Assembly (NCBI GenBank): GCA_045863335.1 | Contig: BTVY01000030.1 | Coordinates: 1 to 64,000 of the forward strand | Direction of reading: 5' to 3' | DNA length: 64,000 bases | DNA from: Candidatus Hydrogenedentota bacterium | Lineage (GTDB): Bacteria; Hydrogenedentota; Hydrogenedentia; Hydrogenedentales; SLHB01 | Shown here: in pieces, positions 37,255-47,385 of the stretch | Layout: each line of letters starts with the position of its first letter | Position numbering within the stretch: position 1 is the first letter of the stretch | Made by a program: the position numbers and the translations under genes | Notes under the pieces: model-generated | What the model was told of the DNA's origin: nothing | Seen by the model: the letters and a program-made list of their open reading frames with translations, nothing else | Database searches by the model: none

Positions 37255-38256
37255 TCACTTGGGAGACTCGGAATGATGAGTTTCTCTGACGAGACGAAAA
37301 CCTACGCCCAAGTTCGCCGCCTCTAGAGGGAACCCACCAGGGATGCGAGTCCATCCGGTAAACGCATCAATCGGGGTGACATAATGCCCCCCACGAATCA
37401 CCAGATGGTGCTCCGTCGTGAACAGCGCGGGTTCCGCAAAGTCAGGTTCCAGGAGTAAGCTGGCAAGGTCATTGGCGTCGTCGTAATCGAACCAATAGTT
37501 TCCGCACCATTCCGACGCATTCCCTATCAGATCGTTTACGCCGTCCTGGTTTTCCCCCGCGGGAAAGCTTCCCACAGTTACTACCCTCGGAGCGGATCGA
37601 TGGAGCTCATCCTCATAGTGTTGGAACAGGAACGCGCGCCCCCGTGGGTCCTCTTCCCCCCACGGATACGTGCTTTCTTTCCGGCCACGAGCGACATACT
37701 CCCATTCGATTTCCGACGGAAGTCGATGTTTTACACCTGTTCGTTCTGTCAGCCACTCGCAATACCGCCGTGCTCCCTGATAGGTCACGTTGACGGCAGG
37801 TGCGTGTTCGTACGATGCCTTGGGCTCATATCCGGTGTCGCTGTGCAGGATTGTCGCGAAACTATCGATAACAATGTACGGCGCGCTAGTTTCCGCGGGT
37901 GATGCCGTGCTGTTCAGAAACTCGCAGAACTCCTGCGCGGTAACTTCGTATTTCCCAATTTCAAACGGGGACACAATGACGCTCTGCCGCGGTCTTGCTA
38001 AAGTGATCCATGGAGCGAGTAACTCACTGAACCGGATACTTGCGTCGTCGGGGGCGCCGAGATTCACTTCACCCCCGGGGACGCGTATAAACGAACCAAT
38101 GTCCGCGACACCCCGATTCGGAGGAATGGGGAATTGCTCATAGCTTCTGGCCTGTTTGGTGGGAAATGCACGATCCACGACGAAGAGGAATCCTGCAACT
38201 GTGAGCGCGCAGCTACCAGCAAGAAACCAAATCAAATATGTGACAATTTGTTTCAC
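37255..38256 (-). CDS. FGE-sulfatase (SUMF1-like) domain protein, membrane-anchored
   Basis: IGKYEVT...F..F, P.VNVTY..A..YC.WL, RLPSE.EWEY.AR, YPWG, DL.GN..EW, RGG, GFRL. Confidence 0.9.
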   Translation of the reverse strand: MKQIVTYLIWFLAGSCALTVAGFLFVVDRAFPTKQARSYEQFPIPPNRGVADIGSFIRVPGGEVNLGAPDDASIRFSELLAPWITLARPRQSVIVSPFEIGKYEVTAQEFCEFLNSTASPAETSAPYIVIDSFATILHSDTGYEPKASYEHAPAVNVTYQGARRYCEWLTERTGVKHRLPSEIEWEYVARGRKESTYPWGEEDPRGRAFLFQHYEDELHRSAPRVVTVGSFPAGENQDGVNDLIGNASEWCGNYWFDYDDANDLASLLLEPDFAEPALFTTEHHLVIRGGHYVTPIDAFTGWTRIPGGFPLEAANLGVGFRLVRETHHSESPK

Positions 38257-38451
38257 AGGCCCCCCTGTCAACGCTCAAGTTCGGAGAGCATGTTGAAACT
38301 CGAGCTTGAGACACGAAGTTCTGCGCCTTCGCGCTTGGTGCTCCTCCAATAGTGACATGTTCTTCTGTGCTTCGCAAGAGCGTTAGTCCGCCTCTAAGGA
38401 AGAGGAATGGGAACTTCGGCGTTTGCCGTGAGTTCTGGGTACCTCGGGGAC

Positions 38452-38474
38452 TTGGACGGGGACGCCCAAGCCAC
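38452..38474 (-). repeat. GTGG-type REP-like hairpin
   Basis: minus strand GTGGCTTGGGCGTCCCCGTCCAA, same architecture as 9778-9800. Confidence 0.5.
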
Positions 38475-38682
38475 AGGCGCGGGGCGGCGGGTTGCACGGC
38501 AAAGGCATGGATTTGATATACTTGAGGGGTCGGTGCAAGTGTGCGTGGGGCAGGGCGTGCCGGTGGGCACGCGGGTCGTTTGCAGGGCCATACCCCAGGC
38601 GCATCGGATTCCCGGGCGAGATGCGTTTCGCCTGCGCAACGTTTGACGGTTTACCGCGTTACGAAGAGAGGTTTCTCATCTG

Positions 38683-40611
38683 ATGATGTCGAATAATGGC
38701 GAGCACGTCGCCCCTCAGGATTATCTGAACACGCCCATCCTGGACACGATCAATTCGCCCCGGGATTTGAAGACGCTCAAGGTGGAGCAACTAAAGACGC
38801 TGGCCGAGGAGATCCGACACAAGATCATCGCCACGGCGTCGGTCAACGGCGGGCATCTGGCACCGCACCTGGGCGTGGTGGATCTGACGCTGGCGCTCCA
38901 TTACGTCTTCGACACGGAAGACGACATGCTGGTGTGGGACGTGGGGCATCAGTGCTACGCCCACAAGCTCGTCACCGGGCGGCGGGACATGCTGCCCACC
39001 ATCCGCAAGAAGGGCGGCTTGAGCGGGTATCCCAAACGCAGCGAGAGTCCCTACGACGTGTTCGGCGTGGGCCACAGCTCGACGTCGATCTCGGCGGGGC
39101 TGGGCATGGCGGTGGCGCGGTCGTTGACGCAGCGCGGCGGCCGGGCGATCGCGGTCATCGGCGACGGCGCGATGACTGCCGGCATGGCCTTCGAAGCGCT
39201 GAGCCATGCGGGGCACCTTGGCACGGATCTCATCGTCATTCTCAACGACAACAACATGTCCATTTCGAACAACGTGGGCGCGGTGTCGGCTTATTTCAAC
39301 CGGCTCATCACGGGCGGGCTGTACACACGGGCGCGCGGCGACCTCCATACCTTCATGGAGCGGACGCTGGGGCAGCACCTCACCCGGGCGGCGGAACGGC
39401 TGGAGCATTCCGTGAAGGGTTTCCTCACGCCGGGGTCCATGTTCGAGGCCCTGGGCCTGCGCTATGTGGGCCCGGTGGACGGGCACGACATGGACACGCT
39501 GGTGGAGTGCCTGGGCAATCTCAAGAAGACCTCGGGTCCGGTGTTCTTCCACTGCGTCACGAAAAAGGGCAAAGGCTACAGCTACGCCGAACAAGATCCG
39601 CAGACCTACCACGGCGTACAGGCCTTCGATATCACCACCGGAAAGTTCCAAAGTTCGAGCGCCGCACCCGTCCCGACATTCACGAGCGCGTTCGCAGACG
39701 CCATGATCGAAGCTGCCCGGGAGAACGAAAAGGTCGTGGGCATTACGGCGGCCATGCCGACAGGCACGGGTCTGAGCAAGTTTGAAAAGGAGTTCCCGGA
39801 GCGCACCTTCGACGTGGGCATCTGCGAGCAGCACGCGGTCACCTTCGCGGCGGGCCTCGCGACCCAGGGGATGCGGCCGGTCTGCGCGATTTACTCGACC
39901 TTCCTGCAGCGGGCGTACGACCAGGTCATTCACGACGTGTGCATGCAGAACCTGCCGGTCGTGTTCGCCATCGACCGCGCGGGCGCCGTGGGTGAAGACA
40001 GCCCGACGCAGCAAGGCGCGTTTGATGTCTCGTTCCTGCGGGCCGTGCCCGAGCTAAAGGTGCTGGCGGCGCGCGACGACGTGGATACGCGGCTCATGCT
40101 GAAGTGGGCATTGGAACAACCGGGTCCGGTGGCGATCCGGTACGCGCGCAGCAAGGCGCCAACGATTGGATCGGCGGACGGCCGTGATATCACAAAAGGC
40201 GAAGTCCTGCGCGAAGGCAACGACGCGACTTTGCTGGCGATCGGTCCTGTCATTTCGGCTTGCCTGGAAGCGGCGGAAACCTTGCAACGCGAAGGGTTCT
40301 CGATTGGCGTTGCGGACGCGCGTTCGGCAAAGCCGCTGGACGGGGAGCTGCTGGATAGGTTGAAAGGCGCGCCCATCATCACCGTGGAAGAGAATACGTT
40401 GCCCGGCGGGTTCGGATCGGGCGTGCTGGAGCACTTTGAAGAGGCGGGCATATTGGAAGACGTCCGGATCAAGCGGCTCGGTTTCCCGGATGCGTATCTC
40501 GATCACGGCACGCGGGACGAGCAGCTCGCGGACATCGGCCTGACGGCGGAAGGCATCGCGGCGTCCGTCCGGCATTATCTCGGCCAGCACGTAACGCAGC
40601 CGGTTCAGTAG
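38683..40611 (+). CDS. dxs: 1-deoxy-D-xylulose-5-phosphate synthase
   Basis: GGHL...LG, WDVGHQ.Y.HK, GHSSTSIS, GDGAMTAG.AFEA, ILNDN.MSI, GPVDGHD, DVGI.EQHA, IYSTFLQR.YDQ. Confidence 0.98.
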   Translation: MMSNNGEHVAPQDYLNTPILDTINSPRDLKTLKVEQLKTLAEEIRHKIIATASVNGGHLAPHLGVVDLTLALHYVFDTEDDMLVWDVGHQCYAHKLVTGRRDMLPTIRKKGGLSGYPKRSESPYDVFGVGHSSTSISAGLGMAVARSLTQRGGRAIAVIGDGAMTAGMAFEALSHAGHLGTDLIVILNDNNMSISNNVGAVSAYFNRLITGGLYTRARGDLHTFMERTLGQHLTRAAERLEHSVKGFLTPGSMFEALGLRYVGPVDGHDMDTLVECLGNLKKTSGPVFFHCVTKKGKGYSYAEQDPQTYHGVQAFDITTGKFQSSSAAPVPTFTSAFADAMIEAARENEKVVGITAAMPTGTGLSKFEKEFPERTFDVGICEQHAVTFAAGLATQGMRPVCAIYSTFLQRAYDQVIHDVCMQNLPVVFAIDRAGAVGEDSPTQQGAFDVSFLRAVPELKVLAARDDVDTRLMLKWALEQPGPVAIRYARSKAPTIGSADGRDITKGEVLREGNDATLLAIGPVISACLEAAETLQREGFSIGVADARSAKPLDGELLDRLKGAPIITVEENTLPGGFGSGVLEHFEEAGILEDVRIKRLGFPDAYLDHGTRDEQLADIGLTAEGIAASVRHYLGQHVTQPVQ

Positions 40612-40654
40612 GCCTTCTCGCCGGACGTTGGCTGGAGTCTTCTTCCGGCAACTA

Positions 40655-40811
40655 AAGAACATCCCCCTTAGTCCCCCTTCAAAGGGGGAATTTGGCGCGA
40701 CGCGTTGCGCCGCGCGTAGGGCAGGCGTCGTCGCGGCAAGAAGACCCGCACAAAACAGGAAGACTGAGGAAGATTAATCCCCCTTCGAAGGGGGATCAAG
40801 GGGGATGTTCT
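40655..40811. repeat. inverted pair of REP-like repeats (REPIN/MITE-like, 157 bp)
   Basis: aagaacatcccccttagtcccccttcaaagggggaa and inverted agaacatcccccttgatcccccttcgaagggggatt. Confidence 0.82.
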
Positions 40812-40890
40812 CTAACTCCCGGCCACAGGGGAGACGAGTGGCGCCACCTCGCACAACCGCCAACACCCTTATCTAACACAGACTCTCCCC

Positions 40891-40920
40891 TTGACAAATT
40901 CCGGGGGGATCGCCTAGTCT
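40891..40920 (+). promoter_or_regulatory. sigma70-type promoter
   Basis: TTGACA-N18-TAGTCT about 32 nt upstream of ATG 40953. Confidence 0.5.
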
Positions 40921-40952
40921 ACGGTTGGTCTTAGTTCGGAGCCAGTCTTCTC

Positions 40953-41873
40953 ATGCAAGGCAAACCGTCTCCACAGGGCACCGAAGTACTAGAACAGTAC
41001 ATCCAGCGATGCCGCGGATTTCTGGACGGCTGGGTGCGTTTCAACCAAATCATCGCGGCCTATCCCAGTCCGGGCGTCAACAAGCTGCAACTGGAGACCA
41101 TGTTTCTCCAGATCAAGAGCACGCTGGCGCGGGAACACCAGATTCTCCGCGATCGGTTGGGGCCGGACTGCAAGTTCTCCGCGGATATCGTCAACATCAT
41201 TTCCGGCGCCACGACGCTGGATGCCATCTACGCGCAATCCGAGGTGGCGGTGCGCAAGCTGCACACGGAATGGCACCGCGCTTTCATCACCATCAACGAG
41301 ACCCTGGGAAACCTCGAGGACAAGCTACGGCGCGCACTGGCCGGGGAGCGCGTCATGGTGGGCAACATCGTGATCCAGGTGCGCATCCGCAAGCCGGTCC
41401 CTGTGCGCCAGATCCTGACGGGCATCGCCGTGGTGCTCGCGATCGCGACCGTCCCGGCGACCATCTACGTGATGCGGAACTTCCTGGGGTTCTGGGCGCC
41501 CGGCGCCGGTGAAGGCATTGTCTACTCCGAAGCCATGACGGACGAAGAGAAGATTCAGCTGCTCCTGACAACGATGAAAAACGCCGTCGAAAATGGGGAC
41601 ATCGACGCATTGATGACCACCTATTCCGACGCGTACTCCGACGAGGGCGGGCGCGGCAAGACGGATCTCCGGGCCATGTTGCAGGCCTACAAGGTGGCCG
41701 GAGGATTCGTTGGCTCGCAATTGGTGGTGGACAAGGCCACCATCCAGATCGAAGGCGACTTCGCCCGTATCGAACCCGTTCATTTTGTTGGAAGAGAAGA
41801 TCAGCTCAGCATGATCGTCGCGGGAAGCCGTGAAGGCGACCGCTGGCTGATTTCGGCGATCGGCGGAATCTAG
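40953..41873 (+). CDS. bitopic membrane protein: helical N-domain, one TM, NTF2-like C-domain
   Basis: TM ILTGIAVVLAIATVPATIYVM; C-terminal AVENGDIDALM..YSD.Y...REGDRWLI NTF2-like pattern. Confidence 0.75.
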   Translation: MQGKPSPQGTEVLEQYIQRCRGFLDGWVRFNQIIAAYPSPGVNKLQLETMFLQIKSTLAREHQILRDRLGPDCKFSADIVNIISGATTLDAIYAQSEVAVRKLHTEWHRAFITINETLGNLEDKLRRALAGERVMVGNIVIQVRIRKPVPVRQILTGIAVVLAIATVPATIYVMRNFLGFWAPGAGEGIVYSEAMTDEEKIQLLLTTMKNAVENGDIDALMTTYSDAYSDEGGRGKTDLRAMLQAYKVAGGFVGSQLVVDKATIQIEGDFARIEPVHFVGREDQLSMIVAGSREGDRWLISAIGGI

Positions 41874-41908
41874 TTCGCATCCGGGTCTCCCCCACGCTGA
41901 ATTCCCGC

Positions 41909-43405
41909 CTACTGGGCCACGTCTCCCGCCGGCACTTGATCCCGGTGTTTTGTGAGGTCGGGACGCAACGTCACCGGAAATCCTTGCAGAACATTGCGGA
42001 ATCGAAACCCCAAGGGTTTGTGGTAGTCCGGGAACGCGTCACCTTGCGCCATGGGCATGGGACAGTGCCGGCAGCGGATCAACATCATTCCGCCAAAGAA
42101 GAACACCGATCGCGGGAATCGCGTCATGGACGTGGTGACATAGCGCAATGCCCAGAAGAAGGGGTTGCGGGATTGGAGCTGGCTGCTGATATACACGTAG
42201 TCCGAGACGCGCTTCGGAATGAGCGCGAGCCAGCGCGCCCAGAAGCGGTAGCCGTCCATGCGGCTGCGGAACACAGGTCCGTGAATCATGTCTTCCAGGG
42301 TTCCGTGGAACTTCAGCAACCCGCGCATCATGGATTCGTACTGCGCGCCGGCGTACGAGGGATTTTCGAGCAGCGTGCGGATCATGCCGGTCACGGCGGT
42401 TGTGGCCCATACGCCGGAGGAACTGGGGAACCAGATTTGCACAAAGGTCCCGCCGACGAGGATCCAGTTGGCGCCGTACGCCCGGTCCCGGACGAAATAG
42501 CGGTGGCGCACTTCCTGGGTCGCTACCGCCGTCTGGAAACTGGACCGGTAGTCGATGCCGCGGCGAGCGTAGGCGGCGTCGAGTAACCGCATGACTTCCT
42601 CTTTCGAGAGCCCGGCGTTCCTTTCCGATTGCGAATCGATGCTAATGCCCACGCTGAGCGTATCGCCGAGGGGGATCAACCAGGAGATGCCGTCGATTCC
42701 GTCGGTGTCGCGATCGAGACGCAGTAGATTCGTTCCGGATTGCCACCAACACATTTCGAGCGTCGTGGATTCCGTGTCGCGACGATAATGATCCCACACC
42801 ACGTATTGCTCGCTGCTGATCGACTTCATGCCAACGCCGGCAGCGTTGGCCACGACGCCGCGAGGACCGGAGGTGTCAAATACATACTGCGGCCACTCGA
42901 TGGCGTCGCCATTGTCGAGTTCGATGCGCGTGACACGGTCGGTTTCAGAATCGTGGATGATATTCGCGATCTTTCCTTGAATGACGTGGCAGTTGGTCTC
43001 TGAGCACGCTTTATCATAGAGCGCCTGGTCGAAGCCCACGCGGTCCACGTGAATGAGGTACTTTGCAGATAGGGGCTGAAAATCGGCGGGGCGATGAGCG
43101 AAGTCCTCCACCGTTTCCTGAAAGGGCCGCGTCGGATCGCCGAAATGAGCAATCGTAGCGACCTCGCCGTTGAGCAGGCTGATATGGTTTTTCGGGAAGA
43201 AGTACTGTGGGTATAGCCGGCCGTAATGACGCCAGATGTCCGGGCTGGCGCACTCATTCATGGACTCTCCAAGCCGTGGGATCGAGGGAGGCGGGCCGCC
43301 TGCGACGAGATAATGTTCGATGCCCTCGCGCGACAGAGCGTCGCTGACGAGCAATCCCGACATGGAGGAACCTACGACAACCGGCAGATCTGCGTACTTC
43401 ACCAT
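41909..43405 (-). CDS. flavin-dependent halogenase-like / FAD-dependent oxidoreductase
   Basis: VVGSSMSG, RLGESM, HVDR..FD..L, FDTSG, GISWLIPL, SVGI, NWILVG, SSG. Confidence 0.75.
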   Translation of the reverse strand: MVKYADLPVVVGSSMSGLLVSDALSREGIEHYLVAGGPPPSIPRLGESMNECASPDIWRHYGRLYPQYFFPKNHISLLNGEVATIAHFGDPTRPFQETVEDFAHRPADFQPLSAKYLIHVDRVGFDQALYDKACSETNCHVIQGKIANIIHDSETDRVTRIELDNGDAIEWPQYVFDTSGPRGVVANAAGVGMKSISSEQYVVWDHYRRDTESTTLEMCWWQSGTNLLRLDRDTDGIDGISWLIPLGDTLSVGISIDSQSERNAGLSKEEVMRLLDAAYARRGIDYRSSFQTAVATQEVRHRYFVRDRAYGANWILVGGTFVQIWFPSSSGVWATTAVTGMIRTLLENPSYAGAQYESMMRGLLKFHGTLEDMIHGPVFRSRMDGYRFWARWLALIPKRVSDYVYISSQLQSRNPFFWALRYVTTSMTRFPRSVFFFGGMMLIRCRHCPMPMAQGDAFPDYHKPLGFRFRNVLQGFPVTLRPDLTKHRDQVPAGDVAQ

Positions 43406-43495
43406 CACCCTACCCCACAGCTTTGACGGAAGGAACTTCCGACAGTCCTCACCCTTGCATGTCAAGCTTATCGGGAGCGGGAGCGGGAGTACAAG

Positions 43496-45028
43496 TTACC
43501 AGTGAGTTGGAAGCTTCTGGAATTCGATGCCTATGCCCGCGAGGTCCGCGCTCATGTCGATGTGGCGACGGTTATTGCGTTTCGGTTTGAACTCTTCCGG
43601 CGTCTGGGTGGGATAGTTGTTGTTGAAGCAGGCCAGGCAGAATTGAGGATTGGGCATGCCGGTGGCGCTGACCATTCCTTCGATGGTTTGGAAGGCGAGC
43701 GAATCGACCTGCAGGAACTCGCGCATCTTATCAACCGACATGCTGTACGCAATCAGCTTGTTGCGTTCGGGCGTGTCGATGCCGTAGTAGCAGGAATTGA
43801 TGATGGGCGGACAACTGATCCGGAAATGCACTTCCTTGACGCCACACTTCCGGAGCATCTTGACGATCTTCTTCGACGTCGTGCCGCGCACGATACTGTC
43901 ATCGACGAGGACGATGCGCTTACCTTCGACGGCGGTGCGGGCGGGGTTGAGCTTGATCTTCACGCCGAAGTCGCGGATCTGTTGGTCGGGCTCAATGAAG
44001 GTCCGCCCCACGTAATGGTTGCGAATGAAACCCATGTCGAAGGGGATGCCCGATTCGTGAGAGTAGCCCAAGGCAACCTGGTTTGACGAGTCCGGAACCG
44101 CCATCACCATGTCCGCATCGACGGGGAGTTGCTTGGCGAGGTTGCGGCCAAGCTGTTTGCGGACTTCATCAACACTGCGACCGAAAATGACACTATCGGG
44201 GCGGGCCACGTAGACAAACTCGAAAATGCACGGCGTCGGTTTTACCGGCGCGAAAGGTTTGAAGGACTGGACACCGTCACGGGTAACGACGACCACTTCT
44301 CCCGGTTCGATCTCGCGAATGGGTTCGGCGTCGATGATGTCGAGGGCGCAGCTTTCACTGGCGAAGATGTAAGCCCCGGCGAGGCGGCCCATCCAGAGGG
44401 GGCGGAATCCGTTCGGGTCGCGGACCGCGACGATCTCTTCGCCGTTGGTCGCGAGGACGGAATACGCGCCAATAACGTTCCTGAGCGCGTCGACGACGCT
44501 GTCGGCAAAGGACTCCTCCTGCGACTTGGCGATGAGGTGGATGATGACCTCGGTGTCGGTCGTGGACTGGAAGATGCGGCCTTCGCTTTCGAGTTCCTCG
44601 CGCAGTTGGCCGGCATTGGTCAGGTTGCCGTTATGGCCGAGGGCAATCGCGCCCTTCTTGTAGTCGCGCATGAGGGGCTGAACATTCTTCAAGACCGACG
44701 TCCCGAAGGTCGAGTACCGGACATGTCCGATAGCGAGATCGCCCTGGAGCGGTTTGAGCCGGTGCGGTTTGAACACGTCGGACACAAGCCCGACTCCACG
44801 ATGGCCGCGAAGCTGGCCGCCGTCGGAGACGACGATCCCCGCGCCTTCCTGTCCCCGATGCTGGAGGGCGTAGAGGCCCAGATAGGTCAGGGTTGCGGCA
44901 TCCGGATGGCCAAAGACGCCAAAGACCCCGCACTCGTCCCGGAGCCGATCACCATCCATCGGCCCCCGAGTAGGGTCACTTTCATCTCCCAAATCGCTGT
45001 GGCCATCGGCATCGGTCGGGTAGTTCAT
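43496..45028 (-). CDS. purF: amidophosphoribosyltransferase
   Basis: propeptide then ECGVFG, LQHRGQE, GHVRYST, HNGNL.N, CIFEFVY.ARPDS, VDDSIVRGTT, YGID. Confidence 0.98.
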   Translation of the reverse strand: MNYPTDADGHSDLGDESDPTRGPMDGDRLRDECGVFGVFGHPDAATLTYLGLYALQHRGQEGAGIVVSDGGQLRGHRGVGLVSDVFKPHRLKPLQGDLAIGHVRYSTFGTSVLKNVQPLMRDYKKGAIALGHNGNLTNAGQLREELESEGRIFQSTTDTEVIIHLIAKSQEESFADSVVDALRNVIGAYSVLATNGEEIVAVRDPNGFRPLWMGRLAGAYIFASESCALDIIDAEPIREIEPGEVVVVTRDGVQSFKPFAPVKPTPCIFEFVYVARPDSVIFGRSVDEVRKQLGRNLAKQLPVDADMVMAVPDSSNQVALGYSHESGIPFDMGFIRNHYVGRTFIEPDQQIRDFGVKIKLNPARTAVEGKRIVLVDDSIVRGTTSKKIVKMLRKCGVKEVHFRISCPPIINSCYYGIDTPERNKLIAYSMSVDKMREFLQVDSLAFQTIEGMVSATGMPNPQFCLACFNNNYPTQTPEEFKPKRNNRRHIDMSADLAGIGIEFQKLPTHW

Positions 45029-45933
45029 CAGAAATCCCTGTTCCCCGTGAGTTTTCGGTACGCCTCGATGTACTTTTCGCGCGTTTTCGCAACAACGTCG
45101 TCCGGCAACGGCGGTGGCGGAGAGTCCTTGTCCCACCCCGTCGTTTCGAGCCAGTCGCGGACGAACTGCTTGTCAAAGCTGGGCTGCCCTTTTCCGGGTT
45201 CGTACTGGTCCGCCGGCCAGAACCGGGAAGAGTCCGGGGTCAGGATTTCATCCGCCAGAATAAGGGTACCATCCAAGGTCCCAAATTCAAACTTCGTATC
45301 ACAAAGAATAACGCCCCGCTGCTCGGCATATTCCCTACCACGTGCATAAACGCTGAGTGCGGCTTCGGAGGCGGCGTCGGCCCAGTCTTTGCCGATGATT
45401 CGGGCGGCTTCCTCGGGCGGGATATTGATGTCGTGGCCGTCGGTCGCTTTCGTCGCGGGGGTAAAGATGGGCTCCTCGAGGCGATCGGATTCCTTGAGGC
45501 CTTCGGGCAGCTTGATGCCGCAGACGGTACCGCTCTTCTTGTACTCTTTCCAGCCGCTGCCTGCGAGGTAACCGCGAATCACGAACTCCACGGGAAACAT
45601 CTCGCATTTGTGAACCAGCATGGAACGGCCTTCAAACTGGTCTGCATGTTGCTGAAATTCTTCTGGGAAGTCGGCGAGGTCGGCGGAGATGAGATGATTG
45701 CGCACGACGTCGCTGACCAAGTCAAACCAGAAGAGGGACATCTTCGTGAGGACCTTACCCTTGTCGGGGATGCCGACAGGGTTTATCCAGTCGAAGGCGG
45801 ATATTCGATCGGTCGCGACGATGATGAGACGGTCCCCGAGATCGTAGATGTCGCGGACTTTTCCTCGGGCGGTCGGCTCGCGACCCGGAAGGTTGGTTTC
45901 ACAGACGGCTTGAGTCATCGGTACGTACCTCAC
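45028..45933 (-). CDS. purC: phosphoribosylaminoimidazole-succinocarboxamide synthase
   Basis: GKVRDIY, TDRISAFD, IPDKG, RGYLAGSGW, DTKFEFG, DE.LTPDSSRFW, DKQFVRDWL. Confidence 0.98.
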   Translation of the reverse strand: MRYVPMTQAVCETNLPGREPTARGKVRDIYDLGDRLIIVATDRISAFDWINPVGIPDKGKVLTKMSLFWFDLVSDVVRNHLISADLADFPEEFQQHADQFEGRSMLVHKCEMFPVEFVIRGYLAGSGWKEYKKSGTVCGIKLPEGLKESDRLEEPIFTPATKATDGHDINIPPEEAARIIGKDWADAASEAALSVYARGREYAEQRGVILCDTKFEFGTLDGTLILADEILTPDSSRFWPADQYEPGKGQPSFDKQFVRDWLETTGWDKDSPPPPLPDDVVAKTREKYIEAYRKLTGNRDF

Positions 45934-45976
45934 TCTTTCGGAAATCCGGTCAGCAATTCGAGGGAATCTGCCCTAA

Positions 45977-47260
45977 TCAGAAGAATGTACCCTGCAGGTG
46001 TTCGCGATTCACCTCAAGCAAGTCGTCGAGCAGCGCGCGGCATCCTTTGGCGTTCGGCATGAGCGGATGGCCGAGCATGGCCAGGTACGCGGCTTCGCGG
46101 CTGCCCGTCACGGCGGCTTCGACGGTAAGCGTCTCGTAGGCTTTGATGTGCTGCATCAATCCGCGAATGGCGGGACTCGGCGCGGATTGTGGAATCGCTT
46201 GAGCGCCGTCCTTGCCGATGATGGCCGGCACTTCAACGGACACATCGTCGTCGAAGGTGGGTACCGCGCCGTTGTTGCGGCAGCACACGATCTGCTTGTT
46301 GCGGGCGTCGTTCTCGATCGCGTCGATGAGATAAAAGGCGGCCGTCGAATAGTGGGCGCCACCGCGCTTGGACAACTCGGGGGGCTTCTCGTTCAGCTCC
46401 TTCTGACGGTACTTCTCGAAAAGGCTTTCTTCGATTTCGACGACTTCCTCGCCGCGCGTCTTGTCCTTGCGCTTGATTTTCGCGAGGGCGGAATCGGTCG
46501 CGTAGAAATACTGAAGGTAGCCATTGCAGAAGGTCTTGAGCGTGGTCATGGCTTCGCGCATGGATTCGCAGATGGCCTCGTCGTCCCACTCCTCGTGGGC
46601 GCGTTCCATGAACCCCTTGAGGGCGGCTTCAGTGATGTCTTTTCCGCCGACAGAGATGGTGCGGACCCAGGAAAGGTGGTTCAGACCGACATAGTCCAGC
46701 TCCACCTCCTCCATCTTGCAGTCGTGATGCTTCACGACTTCCATGATAATTCCGACGGGGATATTGCAGAGACCGAAGCTCGTCACCTTGCTGTGTTTAA
46801 TGAGCGCTTCGGTCACGATCCCCGAGGGGTTGGTGAAGTTAACGAGATAGCCGCCAGGGGCATACTGCTCCATGGCATTGGCAATGTCGAGGATGCGCGG
46901 AATCGTTCGGAGCGCGCAGCAGAACCCACCGACGCCGGTGGTTTCCTGGCCGATGATGTTGTGGCGCAGACCGAGTTTCTCGTCGTTGATGCGGGCCTGA
47001 ATCCCGCCTACGCGCAACTGGGTTACGACGTATTTGGCGTCCTTGACTGCCTCTCGCAAGTCGCCCGTATGATGTACCGAGAAAGGCGTTCCATGGCGTT
47101 CCGACATGCGCTGGGCGAGCCCTGCGGTAATCTGGAGCCGATCCTGGTTGGGATCCATCATCCAGACTTCGGTTACGGGGATGCGGTCGAGGCGCTCAAA
47201 GAGGCCGTCGACCAGTTCCGGTGTGTACGAACTTCCGCCACCGATTACCGCGATCTTCAT
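45977..47260 (-). CDS. 6-phospho-beta-glucosidase (GH4)
   Basis: KIAVIGGGSSYTPE, QLRVGG, GQETTG.GG, NFTNPSG, GLCN.P, GLNHL, RGGA.YS. Confidence 0.93.
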   Translation of the reverse strand: MKIAVIGGGSSYTPELVDGLFERLDRIPVTEVWMMDPNQDRLQITAGLAQRMSERHGTPFSVHHTGDLREAVKDAKYVVTQLRVGGIQARINDEKLGLRHNIIGQETTGVGGFCCALRTIPRILDIANAMEQYAPGGYLVNFTNPSGIVTEALIKHSKVTSFGLCNIPVGIIMEVVKHHDCKMEEVELDYVGLNHLSWVRTISVGGKDITEAALKGFMERAHEEWDDEAICESMREAMTTLKTFCNGYLQYFYATDSALAKIKRKDKTRGEEVVEIEESLFEKYRQKELNEKPPELSKRGGAHYSTAAFYLIDAIENDARNKQIVCCRNNGAVPTFDDDVSVEVPAIIGKDGAQAIPQSAPSPAIRGLMQHIKAYETLTVEAAVTGSREAAYLAMLGHPLMPNAKGCRALLDDLLEVNREHLQGTFF

Positions 47261-47385
47261 GAAACCCAAAACCTCCGATAAGCTATTTGATTACTGCCAC
47301 TTAAAGGAAAAACCAGCGCATGGGGGTACCTGATTTCCGAAGCGAACTGCGCTACGTTCCCGCCCAGAAAAAGTACTGCCGCGCA

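Noticed and set aside
37255-37400. DGR variable region in the FGE-fold C-terminus
   Set aside because: No template repeat or reverse transcriptase seen in the window; a remote DGR cannot be excluded
38275-38358. In-frame upstream extension of the FGE gene through a TGA (readthrough or selenocysteine)
   Set aside because: The extension has no recognisable features, I see no SECIS-like hairpin, and the GTG start gives a normal N-terminal anchor
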